50,208 nucleotides of DNA, taken from assembly GCF_001194135.2 (NCBI RefSeq), contig NC_068988.1, positions 11,353,424 through 11,403,631 on the forward strand, in the 5' to 3' direction. The notes under the pieces were generated by a model that saw only the letters and a program-made list of their open reading frames with translations, was not told the origin of the DNA and searched no databases. Shown here piece by piece: positions 1 to 12,915 of this stretch. The position numbers were made by a program, and so were the translations under genes. This DNA is from Octopus bimaculoides. Taxonomy: Eukaryota. How positions within the stretch are numbered: the first letter of the stretch is position 1; the number at the start of each line of letters is the position of its first letter.

Positions 1-60
1 TAATGCTGATGGCTAGGTAGTTTGATATATATATGTAGAGAGAGACGGGGACAGAGAGAC

Positions 61-64
61 AGAC

Positions 65-136
<72 letters not shown>

Positions 137-268
137 GGATAGATTGATTGATTGATTGATAATTAGATATACAGAGAGACAAAAGGGATGAATACATACG
201 TGAATACATACAAACATGCATACATACACACTCACGTACATACATACATACATACGTACAAACATACA

Positions 269-302
<34 letters not shown>

Positions 303-335
303 CATGCGTAAAGGCATACATACATACGTACATAG
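61..335. repeat. (AGAT)n followed by degenerate (ATAC)n microsatellites
   Basis: Direct tetranucleotide periodicity at about 61-140 and 190-335. Confidence 0.95.
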
Positions 336-1642
336 ATGCAAAAACAACGAAAGAGAGTTAGAAAGATAACGAGAGATTCTGCATAGTAAGAAAAAACAAA
401 TTGAACTATTTCTATAACATACGACATAAAAATTTCATAAGAGTTATTTTTTTTCCTTTTTTAATATTGATGGATGCCATAATAACAGTAGCTATCATTA
501 CGATTCCCAGAGCGACTAAGACTGCCGATATCACCATTAAAGTAATTCTAGAGGGTATATGTCTCCCAAATGTTCTAGTGCTGAAAAACATAAATATTTA
601 ACTGCATTTACAAAATAACAACAAAACAATTGCAATAGAAATGGAAAATATTTTAAATCAGAACTATAAGAGGGAAAGGAAATCTGATGCTCCTATGCAT
701 ATGTCTTTAAATATTCATGTGTATGTGTGGTAACATATTTTTGTAGTATATGTCCGTATGGATCTACATACGTACTAATACATATAAGTAAATTTGTATG
801 TAGGCATGGTTGCATTATATATATNNNNNNNNNNNNNNNNNNNNNNNNNNNNNNNNNNNNNNNNNNNNNNNNNNNNNNNNNNNNNNNNNNNNNNNNNNNN
901 NNNNNNNNNNNNNNNNNNNNNNNNNNNNNNNNNNNNNNNNNNNNNNNNNNNNNNNNNNNNNNNNNNNNNNNNNNNNNNNNNNNNNNNNNNNNNNNNNNNN
1001 NNNNNNNNNNNNNNNNNNNNNNNNNNNNNNNNNNNNNNNNNNNNNNNNNNNNNNNNNNNNNNNNNNNNNNNNNNNNNNNNNNNNNNNNNNNNNNNNNNNN
1101 NNNNNNNNNNNNNNNNNNNNNNNNNNNNNNNNNNNNNNNNNNNNNNNNNNNNNNNNNNNNNNNNNNNNNNNNNNNNNNNNNNNNNNNNNNNNNNNNNNNN
1201 NNNNNNNNNNNNNNNNNNNNNNNNNNNNNNNNNNNNNNNNNNNNNNNNNNNNNNNNNNNNNNNNNNNNNNNNNNNNNNNNNNNNNNNNNNNNNNNNNNNN
1301 NNNNNNNNNNNNNNNNNNNNNNNNNNNNNNNNNNNNNNNNNNNNNNNNNNNNNNNNNNNNNNNNNNNNNNNNNNNNNNNNNNNNNNNNNNNNNNNNNNNN
1401 NNNNNNNNNNNNNNNNNNNNNNNNNNNNNNNNNNNNNNNNNNNNNNNNNNNNNNNNNNNNNNNNNNNNNNNNNNNNNNNNNNNNNNNNNNNNNNNNNNNN
1501 NNNNNNNNNNNNNNNNNNNNNNNNNNNNNNNNNNNNNNNNNNNNNNNNNNNNNNNNNNNNNNNNNNNNNNNNNNNNNNNNNNNNNNNNNNNTACACATCC
1601 ATACAAATGCTTATGTACACACGCACACACACATACGCACAT

Positions 1643-1700
<58 letters not shown>

Positions 1701-2567
1701 CCTTTTTGAGTATTTAATTATTGTTGGTAGTAGATATATTTTAGCATATGCACGTATGTATATAGGTATATGAAAGTTTATTTATGTATATACGTGCGTG
1801 TATTGAATGGAGTGAGGGTTGGATGGATAGTTAAATGAATACAATAGATGACTGTGTATGTATATGTATATACACGTATGCATATATTACATATATATAA
1901 TAAGAGAGTGAGAGGAAGAGTGAAATCAACAGACAACGAGAGAGAGGGTGGCAGAAAGCGAGCTACTGATGTTCACAAAAACGTAACTGCTTATATTTGT
2001 AATACACATAAATATATAAAACACATATATTTTGTAACGTATATGTACAAATGCGTACATAGCGAATATATTTCGTTATATATAAACAGAAGTGCGCTTT
2101 TGTATAAGTTTTCAAAATCAGTCATGTTGAAAATTAAATGAGATTACAGAAGGAAGGAAAAAATCTTTTGATGTTTACATTTCATCTTTATGACTATATA
2201 TATATACATATACATACATATACACATACATATTTTATGCATATACATATATAGATATATATATATATAAGTATGCCTCTACTTTATATACATGTGTCTA
2301 TGTACATGTATGTTTATATTCCTTATTACGTTTCATTTTTTCTGCTTTATTTTACTTTTTTATGTTTTATAATTTTATATAAAACTTTCATGGAAACTCA
2401 TATTAAATGATCACATGATCGTTTGAATAATAACTTTCATGCAGTTATCCTTCAGTCTTTCTCTCTGCATCTATCTTTCTATTTCTAATTTCTATTTTTC
2501 TTTCCTTCTCTCCGCTTATATAGATAGATAGAAAGATACATACGTATATACATACATACATATATAC

Positions 2568-2603
<36 letters not shown>

Positions 2604-3304
2604 GCATACATACATACGTATATACATAAGTACATGCTTACATACAAGGTAAGTTTTGAAAAAGAAATATGCTGGTATAGAATATTATGTATGTGAATTT
2701 TGTAAATGTATATATTATATGGAATCATACACATGTACACCCACAGAAACAAACACATGCACATATACATACACACATATGTTTGGTGGGAGAGAAAAAA
2801 TAAAACCAAGAATTTAAGCAAGAAAGAAAAAAACAAAACAGGAGCGAAAGAGAGAGAACAAAGAAAGTGAATTTTACGAACAGTTTATTTTACATAAACT
2901 TGAATGAGTATATTCTTTCAAAAAATTCAATGTTTCAGTAAGAAATTGGACGGCAGAAACCATTCTTGGCCAACGTTCATGACTTTTCCATCGACCAAAT
3001 AAAATGTCCGCCGGTCTCGCTACACTTTAGCGGTTTTTATCGCTTACATTGAATGCTACTAATCATCTTCACAAAACAAAAGTATAGTAATTTGTCTTGA
3101 CATGTTTAAACCGAATTTTAACTTTTTGTCCAAAACGAGTTACTGACTTCCAAACAATAGACTGAATAATAACGCAATGAATATTATGGTATACACAAGG
3201 TGTCAGAAATATAGTTTGGTGTAAAACTACACACACCGTCAGCTTATTTCCCGACCAATTCTGCTTATACAAAATAATATTGATTGGAGGTAGGATTATA
3301 CTTA

Positions 3305-3521
3305 CGAGGGAATGCTGAAAAGTTCTTGGTTTTGGGTTAAAAAAATACAGGATGATTAGTTAATTATGATTTCCTTCAAAATATTCCAGTCTCAGACTAA
3401 CAAACTTATTGCAGTGTGGTCCTTCAATTATTCTAAGCACTGTAAAAGAACTCGGAATGTAGAGCTTCCAACGAGACCTTTCGCGACACTCTTAAAGCAA
3501 AGACCTTTTCTACATCCCCTG
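3305..3521. mobile_element. mariner-type MITE (~217 bp)
   Basis: Left end TA|CGAGGGAATGCTGAAAAGTTCTTGGTTTT. Right end reverse-complemented TA|CAGGGGATGTAGAAAAGGTCTTTGCTTT. Imperfect ~29-bp terminal inverted repeats (TIRs) with TA flanks and no coding capacity. Confidence 0.7.
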
Positions 3522-4364
3522 TATAAATACATACGTATACATATATAAATACATACGTATATATATATATATANNNNNNNNNNNNNNNNNNNNNNNNNNN
3601 NNNNNNNNNNNNNNNNNNNNNNNNNNNNNNNNNNNNNNNNNNNNNNNNNNNNNNNNNNNNNNNNNNNNNNNNNNNNNNNNNNNNNNNNNNNNNNNNNNNN
3701 NNNNNNNNNNNNNNNNNNNNNNNNNNNNNNNNNNNNNNNNNNNNNNNNNNNNNNNNNNNNNNNNNNNNNNNNNNNNNNNNNNNNNNNNNNNNNNNNNNNN
3801 NNNNNNNNNNNNNNNNNNNNNNNNNNNNNNNNNNNNNNNNNNNNNNNNNNNNNNNNNNNNNNNNNNNNNNNNNNNNNNNNNNNNNNNNNNNNNNNNNNNN
3901 NNNNNNNNNNNNNNNNNNNNNNNNNNNNNNNNNNNNNNNNNNNNNNNNNNNNNNNNNNNNNNNNNNNNNNNNNNNNNNNNNNNNNNNNNNNNNNNNNNNN
4001 NNNNNNNNNNNNNNNNNNNNNNNNNNNNNNNNNNNNNNNNNNNNNNNNNNNNNNNNNNNNNNNNNNNNNNNNNNNNNNNNNNNNNNNNNNNNNNNNNNNN
4101 NNNNNNNNNNNNNNNNNNNNNNNNNNNNNNNNNNNNNNNNNNNNNNNNNNNNNNNNNNNNNNNNNNNNNNNNNNNNNNNNNNNNNNNNNNNNNNNNNNNN
4201 NNNNNNNNNNNNNNNNNNNNNNNNNNNNNNNNNNNNNNNNNNNNNNNNNNNNNNNNNNNNNNNNNNNNNNNNNNNNNNNNNNNNNNNNNNNNNNNNNNNN
4301 NNNNNNNNNNNNNNNNNNNNNNNNNNNNNNNNNNNNNNNNNNNNNNNNNNNNNNNNNNNNNNNN

Positions 4365-4396
<32 letters not shown>

Positions 4397-4914
4397 ATAC
4401 AAATAGGGGACAATTTTCTTTTTAGCATAATGTACTAAAGTCTACAGTATGTTCCATTTCAATCCATTTTATTCGTATTTTTCGTTATTTGCGTATCAAA
4501 CACTTTCAGTATTTGTATCAAAGTTTCCTCGTTGTCTGAAGCGCATTTTCAGGCTATAAAGTAGTAGTTTCTTGTAATGTCACTTTTGCAGTGATTTGTA
4601 TTTATGCAGAATTTACTGGCACGAATTGACAGAGTTAAACTACGTCAATTACTCATCCAGTTTGTCTGTTGCGTTATCATTACCTCTGTGTCATGATATG
4701 AATATTGCTTTTATAATTAGTCGTCTATTGTGTACAGATATCGATATGATATTGGTGTATTGTCTGGAAATATTATTCTATCTAGCTTCGTATGATAATG
4801 AAGTGCTGTAGTATATTGCAACTATACCTTGGTGTAAATGCATGGCGAGTATATGAGAGACTGTCATGTACATAATGTTTTTGTGACAGTTAGAAACAAG
4901 AGGTAATTCTAATA

Positions 4915-5121
4915 TATCGTTTTCTACTCTAGACACAAGGCTAATCGACTAGGGAGGGGGCAATTCGATTAGATTTACCCAGTGCGCAACTGGCATTTAA
5001 TTTATCGAAAGGATGAAAGGCAAAGTCGACCTAGGTGGAATTTGAACTCAGAACGTAACGGTAAACGAAATACCGTTAAGCATTTCGACCTGCGTGCTGA
5101 CGTTTCTGCCAGCTCGCCACC
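4915..5121 (-). mobile_element. SINE family A copy (tRNA-like head, central domain, type-1 tail)
   Basis: Reverse complement aligns over its length with 23636-23850 and 36069-36282 (GGCGAGCTGGCAGAAACGT...GAGTTCAAATTCC...GGTCGACTTTGCCTTTCATCC). Confidence 0.9.
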
Positions 5122-5134
5122 ATAAAATCCTACC

Positions 5135-5354
5135 ATATATTCTTTTCTACTCTAGGCACAAGGCCCGAAATTTCAGGGGAGAGGCCCAGTCGATTAGATC
5201 GACTCTAGTACGTAACTGGTACTTAATTGATCGACATCGGAAGGATAAAAGGCAAAGTCGACCTCGGCAGAATTTGAACTCAGAACGTAGAGACAGACGA
5301 AATGCCGATAAGCATTTCGCCCGGTGTGCTAACGTTTCTGCCAGCTTGCCGCCT
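5135..5354 (-). mobile_element. SINE family A copy, tandem with the previous copy
   Basis: Same head, core and tail as 4915-5121, same orientation, about 13 bp apart. Confidence 0.9.
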
Positions 5355-6699
5355 CAGTAACGGTAATATATTGCACAACATATGGTAGAATAAAAGCTGT
5401 ACAAGCATAAACTTGACTGCGAGGTTAAGTTGTATGTTTATTTTTAGATATATTCCTTCCTTTTCAAATTGACATTAAAACGCTGTAGAGGCCGCAAGTC
5501 CTTCTGTTATTACCATTCCTCTTAATCTTCCCTTTTCTGATTCAGACGCAAATACTCGCGCAGATAAAGAAACACAGAATGGAGAAACAGAACAGGCGAC
5601 CTCTGGGATAGAGAGTCGCTGAAGAGGTCAGAGGATGTGTGACGAAAGATTTCCTGACAAAGGACATAAAATAAGAGCAATTATAAATCTCATGTGATGA
5701 ACAAATATGTAGTCCGTGTGTTTATTTAGCAAAAAACAAAAATGACCGTCTCGAAATATAACAACTACTATATTATGTATAATTGTATGTGCACTTACGA
5801 TGTGTAATTATAGAATGAGTATTGAATGTATTTCGATAGGCCCCCTAGTGTATATGTATAATAATTAGCAGAATCTCGTGGGGCATGTAGCATGAGAGAA
5901 GATAAAGTTGCAAGCAGGAGTAGAAACCAGAATGTGTTGCATGGTACAAGAAACCAATGCAGGAGGAACTATATAATCTTACCTGACTTATTTTTAGACT
6001 ATTTTTTACCATGTTTATGCAAAACAGGCTTCGGAGATTCAAATATTGAAGTGAAGAACAAAACTTCCTAATGAAAAGAAAACCGGATTTTTTTTTTTCT
6101 TACAACGTTTCCCATTTAATGTTAACAACTTTTGACAGATCCACAAATTCAATGAACGATCCACAAATACAATGAACGAATATTTTCTTCTCTGCATTTC
6201 CCAAATAACTATTTTATAATGAAGGTTATATCCACTGATCCTCGTTTCAAAGGATGTCACGTTATGACTTTGATGCAACGTTGGCTATTATCGACGTTCT
6301 GAGCATTGCTTTGAATAGCACCCACCCAGAATGGACAAAAGTGCTATACATCTATCTCCGTTGTTTCTATAAACGGTGATGGTGATAGAGAGCATCCTTA
6401 TAATTTTGATGTATATACTCTTAGTTCTACGCTTATGTGATGTAGCGATGAAGCGCTTCTTTACAGCTGTAACGATCCCCTTTGAAAATCTCTATTGGAA
6501 TGACGCCCGATCAAGGAAATTTCTTGTTTTTGATCTTTCGGTGGAAGCTCAGGCTTTAGCATTCACTAGTGGTTCCCAAAATGGTAGATGAAGAGGAAGA
6601 GCGCTTCACAAACAATTCCTCCGTGACTGCTACATTAACTGGATGAGGGTGGCTTAGGATCTGGTTAAATTGTTCTATCGACAAAAATACACTCTTGAA

Positions 6700-7510
6700 C
6701 ACGCACATCCACACATAAAGCCAAAAGGACGCACTCACGCAAACAAATGCAAATGCGCAAGCTACAAACACACACACATAAGCACGTTTCCTCACATACA
6801 TACAACACAAAACCAGCTTCACACATACGAACAAATATGCTTGCACACGTACGTATACACACACACGCACACACACACAAACAGGCACACTTTTCTCACT
6901 CACACAAATATACGCACACACACACACACAGACACCCACATATACACAAACACAATTTTTCTCACAAATACACACATATACGTAAACACACATAGACACA
7001 CATGTATTGACACAGTCATACACATGCAAACGCACACACACATGCGCTCACACACACATGCGCTCACATACACACGCGCACACACACATGCGCATACGCA
7101 CAAAGAATCATATGCACAGAAACGCGCGCGCAAACACACACACACACACACACACACTCATACCCTTTTTCTCACTCTCACAAATATACTCATATACATC
7201 GACACACATATACACACACAGTCATACATACACACATAGTCGTACATATAAACACTGTTATACATATACACACAAAGTCATACATATACCGACACATACA
7301 CATAAGTATATACACACGTTGTCATACACAGGCAAACCCGCACACATAGATTCATACACACGGAAACGCGCACTCGCACACACGCACGTAAGAGTCATTC
7401 ACATCCAAACACACACGTCCACAAAAGCGAACAAATATACAGTCATACGTACATGCTAACTCACACACACTAACACGAAATCATTCACACACACACACAC
7501 ACACACACAT
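6700..7510. repeat. degenerate (CA)n/(ACAC/ATAC) low-complexity tract
   Basis: About 800 bp of CA-rich sequence; source of the His/Thr and Val/Cys pseudo-ORFs. Confidence 0.9.
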
Positions 7511-7727
7511 TCTTCCCACACCACCGCCACCACCGCCGCCAACAGCAACAACAACAAACACACAAAACACCCACGGATTCTTTCTGAAGATAAATAATTT
7601 CATCTCATTCTTTGCTGTTATTCATTAGGAAAGGAATCCTGACAACTGTCTCTATGTCTACGTACATGTAAGATCGACTGTGTGTCTATGTATGTCTGTG
7701 TGTGTGTTTGCATTGTCTATGCGCTTG

Positions 7728-7759
<32 letters not shown>

Positions 7760-8310
7760 NNNNNNNNNNNNNNNNNNNNNNNNNNNNNNNNNNNNNNNNN
7801 NNNNNNNNNNNNNNNNNNNNNNNNNNNNNNNNNNNNNNNNNNNNNNNNNNNNNNNNNNNNNNNNNNNNNNNNNNNNNNNNNNNNNNNNNNNNNNNNNNNN
7901 NNNNNNNNNNNNNNNNNNNNNNNNNNNNNNNNNNNNNNNNNNNNNNNNNNNNNNNNNNNNNNNNNNNNNNNNNNNNNNNNNNNNNNNNNNNNNNNNNNNN
8001 NNNNNNNNNNNNNNNNNNNNNNNNNNNNNNNNNNNNNNNNNNNNNNNNNNNNNNNNNNNNNNNNNNNNNNNNNNNNNNNNNNNNNNNNNNNNNNNNNNNN
8101 NNNNNNNNNNNNNNNNNNNNNNNNNNNNNNNNNNNNNNNNNNNNNNNNNNNNNNNNNNNNNNNNNNNNNNNNNNNNNNNNNNNNNNNNNNNNNNNNNNNN
8201 NNNNNNNNNNNNNNNNNNNNNNNNNNNNNNNNNNNNNNNNNNNNNNNNNNNNNNNNNNNNNNNNNNNNNNNNNNNNNNNNNNNNNNNNNNNNNNNNNNNN
8301 NNNNNNNNNN

Positions 8311-8350
<40 letters not shown>

Positions 8351-9089
8351 ATATATAGATATATACATATATAGATATTCATATATGAATATATAAACAA
8401 ATGTACATTTGTGTGTATGTGTATATATATATATGTATAAATATATATACAGACACATACACACACACACATAGATGTAGAGGAACACACACACTATGCA
8501 TATATATTTACGTATATGTAATCTTTTTCTATTTTTTTTTCTATTGGATCGATGAATTCGAAATTTCTAAAGCATAAGTCGTTTTATTAAATATACGGTT
8601 TGCTGTGGCTTACATAAATATATAAATACTATTTGTTACATTAAATTGGTGCTACTGCCAAATATAAACACATATACGTACTTATATGCCCGGATAATAG
8701 GAAACAGATGGCCGGCAGTTGCGAAATTTTTTTTATTAGAAAATTATAAATTATTGAAAAATAAAATATTTATTGCTTTTATGGGCTACTACTTCAAAAC
8801 CTAAAACTTCTTTGCAAAGATAATGTTTTTTTTATATGTGTACTCATCGTCATTGGCACAACTGGTTGTGTTGGTATTCGTTTTAGCAATAAACTGCAAC
8901 AAGTGAGACTGTAATGCAAAGACAGACAGGTCCTCACACACGTAAACACGTATAGTGCGATTTTAATATGTCGGCGAATCAGTTGAGGTATGAATCGTGT
9001 TTCCTGAAACCCAACCTCCCCACAACACTTGCTTACAGTTCTCGGAAATTCGGCTATAGATTTTAATATCTGAGGTAAAAAGAATTTCC

Positions 9090-9280
9090 TTAACTACTTA
9101 GCGCTTAAACCGGTCATTTAAGTTTAAACTGGCCATATCCCACTACTCAAACCTAACCTACAATGTCATTCCAAAAATAAGCAATCACATTCGTCAAATT
9201 CTTGAAGCTATGATCGGTTCAAAACAATGTGAAAAATAAGCATTATATTTAACATAGTAATCTGAATGCTAAAGAGTTAA
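9090..9280. mobile_element. possible piggyBac-type MITE
   Basis: TTAA at both ends. Left TTAACTACTTAGCGCT versus right reverse complement TTAACTCTTTAGCATT (12/16 identical). Confidence 0.45.
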
Positions 9281-9339
9281 CTATAGAAACATTTCAAAGA
9301 AATACCGTTGTTTTGTTTAGTTTCTTTAATGTCTTAAAC

Positions 9340-9830
9340 GAGAGGATGGTAAGAACAGACTAATTCGCTATCTTCAATGCAGTTTTTGTGCTTCTTCTCG
9401 CTTGTGATTATGAATGTTTGTTAATGACCTAAAGAGTACCAAAATGACCTGACTAGTAAGAGCGACCAAACTGGAGTTCTTTCGAAGGATCCCTGAAGTA
9501 ACGTTATTCGACAAGTTGCGTAGCTCAGGTATCAGGGATTCTCTTTAGGCCGAGCAGCTACTTCTCCGGATTGAGAGATCGTAGTGACGGTAGTACGGAC
9601 ATGTCATTAGAATGTTGCAGGAAAGGATCCGAAAACATACTCGTCAAACCGGGCCAACCGAGAAAGGTAGACCAAAACGGGATTATGGAATAATTTCCAT
9701 GGACTCAGTGTATTACGTTTGAGACGCCAACCGGAATGTGTAATGGCAGTTGCCTCTTATAGAACATATAGGACTTACTCAAAGTTCCACACCAAGGAAC
9801 AGGACATACAACCCGAATGATCGGGTACCT
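9340..9830 (+). mobile_element. RTE-clade LINE 3' fragment (decayed ORF C-terminus)
   Basis: Manual translation LRRIPEVTLFDKLRSSGIRDSL*AEQLLLRIERS**R*YGHVIRMLQERIRKH...KGRPK fits the RTE post-RT pattern LRR..G....D..R...IR...RW.GHV.RM...GRP. Confidence 0.8.
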
Positions 9831-9925
9831 TGTAATAAAATAATTAAAAATATATCCACATACCTCCATCATTACCACATTGTTAATTTGTTTCAAATCT
9901 TTATGCTATATAAAAAAAGGAATAT

Positions 9926-10151
9926 CTCTTTTACTCTTTTACTTGCTTCCATCATTTGACTGCGGCCATACTGGAGCACCGCCTTTAGTCGAGCAAATCG
10001 ACCCCAGGACTTATTCTTTGTAAGCCTAATACTTATTCCATCGGTCTCTTTTGCCGAAGCGCTTAGTTACGGGGACGTAAACACACCAGCATCGGTTGTC
10101 AAGCGATGTTGGGGGACAAACACAGACACACAAACATATACACACACATAC

Positions 10152-10182
<31 letters not shown>

Positions 10183-10346
10183 CGACGGGCTTCTCTCAGT
10201 TTCCGTCTACCAAATCCACTCACACGGCTTTGGTCGGACCGAGGATATAGAAGAAGACACGTTCCCAAGGTGCCACGCAGTGGGACTGAACCCGGAACCA
10301 TGAGGCTGGTTAACAAGCAATTTACCAGACAGCCACTCCTGCGCCT
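9926..10346 (-). mobile_element. SINE family B, full length (~420 bp, internal microsatellite)
   Basis: Reverse complement shows head AGGCGCAGGAGTGGCTGTCTGGTAA...GGGTTCAGTCCC (A/B-box-like), CCTTGGGAACGTGTCTT, an internal (AT/GT) tract and tail GGCGGTGCTCCAGTATGGCCGCAGTCAAATGA...(GTAAAAGA)n. Aligns with 11843-12446. Confidence 0.92.
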
Positions 10347-11129
10347 ATATAAATATTAAATAAACAAAACACGTGAAGCAAATTAAGATACATGCTGTAG
10401 TTAACAACTATAATTTCTTCAATAAATATCGTCCGGATCTGAAGAATATTCAGTAAAAATGCCTGATTTATATTTACCCCTACTTACAACGACCACAAGC
10501 CCATTACTGAAATCAAGTTCGTAATTAAAATGTTCGTAACTCCTCCATTGAGAAGCAAAGCACACGTTATGTTGGATAAAGACTGCAATTTCAGTCGACA
10601 GAACAAACGTGTGATACATGTGTTAATTGGTTCTATTGCATTATACAGATGTGTGTATCAGAAATTCTTTTATACCTGATCTCATTAAGCGTCTGGTTTA
10701 ACTCCATCATTATTTCGGAAATCAACAAATGAAACACTCAAATTTTAGTTATTTATTTATTTGTGTGTTTATTTATTTATTTGTTTGTTTATTTATTTAT
10801 TGATCAGACTTTGAAAACTATTCATCCTTAACACTTAAACGGCGGTAAAGCTTTACATAATTGTGTGCTGCAAACGGACAAATAACGAATTATATCTCTT
10901 TTTCTTAAGGGTAAGTTTAATACTTATTTTCACTTAAAATAAGCGCAAGATCTATAATAATTGCTAGTTTCTTGCGCAATAAAATTTACAATCTCATTAT
11001 CGAAAAGTGATGTACAATATTCACTTTTTGTTCGATAGATGACCACAAACATGTAAACGATAGTTCCAGACAAAAATTTATAATCTACTATTGAAAACTT
11101 ATATGATGTCTGCAAGTCGATTTGGAACA

Positions 11130-11290
11130 AGGTGAACCCTTGATCATTCTTTTAAACCAAGCATGGATGTAGCTTTTCAGACCTGCTTGTGACCTACACC
11201 CTTTTTCACACATGTGGAAACGATGGGATACTCCTTGACGCAGACGTTTGGTATTACCACATTTACTGAAACATGCCTCCAATGATTTAC
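11130..11290 (-). mobile_element. LINE (probably RTE) C-terminal zinc-finger remnant
   Basis: ORF 11088-11294 contains HMCEKGCRSQAGLKSYIHAW, resembling the terminal C..C.K.C.S..GL.SH...H finger of many RTE-type ORFs. Confidence 0.5.
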
Positions 11291-11419
11291 TCATTGAGAG
11301 TTTTGTTAGTTTCTTCTATGGCCATCGTAGTTTGGAACAACACATAACGGAAATGTTAAAAATCAAGCGATACCTTTGCCCGAAGTTTATTAACGTAAAG
11401 ACGCGTGATCTACCTGTAA

Positions 11420-11560
11420 CAGTGTTGCGCTCATGATCTCAAGATTAAGGTTTCGATTTCTGGATCGGGCAGTATATTATGTTCTTGATCATAACACTTC
11501 ATTTTACATTGATTCAGTGTTCAGCCGTAAATTAAGCAACATTGCTACGAACTGGCGTCA
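11420..11560 (+). mobile_element. old tRNA-headed SINE fragment, CORE-like
   Basis: B-box-like GGTTTCGATTTCTGG followed by GTTCTTGATCATAACACTTCATTTTACATTG; highly diverged single copy. Confidence 0.35.
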
Positions 11561-11842
11561 TTATTAGAAGCAGTGTTGTTTTATCGGTCATTTATAAGCC
11601 ACGGACACCGGATCATCATCCCTATAAATCCTAGGACTCGAATCAGTAATATCCAAGAGACTTACATCACCCGATATTTACCATTACTCAATGTTCGACA
11701 ATGAATTGTTGAGGTTTTATAGCAATTATATCAATCATTATTGAAGATGCATTTTTAAAGTTCCATAACTACTATGATTTTGTTAACTTTTTCATTGCGT
11801 CCTGCCAGTAATTGTGTTGGGGTTAAATAAAAATTCTAAACA

Positions 11843-12038
11843 AAGCGCTGGCTGTGTGGTAAGAAGCTTGCTTCCCAACCACATGGTTCTGGGCTCATTC
11901 CTACCAGTAGAACTTTGGGCAAGTGTCTTCTGCTAAAGCCCCTGTCTGACCAACGCCTTGTGAGTGGATTTGGTCGAGGAAAACTGAAAAGAAGTTCGTC
12001 GTATACATATATATACACATACACATATATGCATATAC

Positions 12039-12072
<34 letters not shown>

Positions 12073-12126
12073 GTATATTTATATATTTATATATATATAT
12101 ATATATATATATNNNNNNNNNNNNNN

Positions 12127-12179
<53 letters not shown>

Positions 12180-12446
12180 TATATATAAATATATATATGT
12201 ATTATGTATGTATATATGTATGTATTTATATGTATCCTTGTGTCTGTATTTCTTCCTCCTACCATCGCTTGACAAACGGATGTTGGTGTGTTTACGTCCC
12301 TGTAACTTAACGGTTCGGCAAAAGAAGACGGATAGAATAAGTACGAAGCTTACAAAGAATAAGTTCTGAGGTCGATTTCATTGACTAAAAGGCGGTGGCC
12401 CAGCATGGCCGCAGTCAAAATAACTGAAACAACAAAAGAATAAAAA
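11843..12446 (+). mobile_element. SINE family B, full length with expanded internal (AT)n
   Basis: Head TGGCTGTGTGGTAAGAAGCTTGCTTCCCAACCACATGGTTC, internal tract about 12002-12235 (contains a 14-N gap), 3' half ending CAGCATGGCCGCAGTCAAAATAACTGAAAC. Confidence 0.92.
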
Positions 12447-12881
12447 ATACAACTACATAATTGAATAAAAGTTATCTTCAATGCAGATGGTCAAAGCAGA
12501 CGACTTTTAACCAAGCGTCTATATTATAATGATTGAAGAAGTGCGGGGCTGTGTTCAGTTTATTTTATTTTCCCCTCGTTATTATATAAAGTCATATTAT
12601 TTTGAAGAAATTATAAACGAATATTAAAAAAAAAAAATAGCTATAAATTTTATTTGTATATTAAACATAACTTATAATGCTTAATATTACAAGATTCACT
12701 TCTGTTTTAAATGTCAACCTCCGTTTGAATTACATATATAAACAAATAGCTTTCCTTCGCGTTCGTAAAAAATTTGATAAAGTGACAAAAGCAACACACA
12801 AGTGAGGATATTATTTTTAAAAGTATTACGTATTGCAAAAAGAATAATCCCCATTTAATAGAATTAAGCTTTCAAATTGTG

Positions 12882-12915
12882 TTTGACTGCGGTCAGGCTG
12901 GAGTACCGCCTTGAA
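12882..12915 (-). mobile_element. isolated SINE-B/CR1-type 3' tail
   Basis: Reverse complement TTCAAGGCGGTACTCCAGCCTGACCGCAGTCAAAC matches family B tails. Confidence 0.65.

Noticed and set aside
6556-7459. His/Thr-rich and Val/Cys-rich ORFs, and similar ones at 36605-37393 and 41757-42395
   Set aside because: Translations of (CA)n/(GT)n and trinucleotide repeats, open on both strands.
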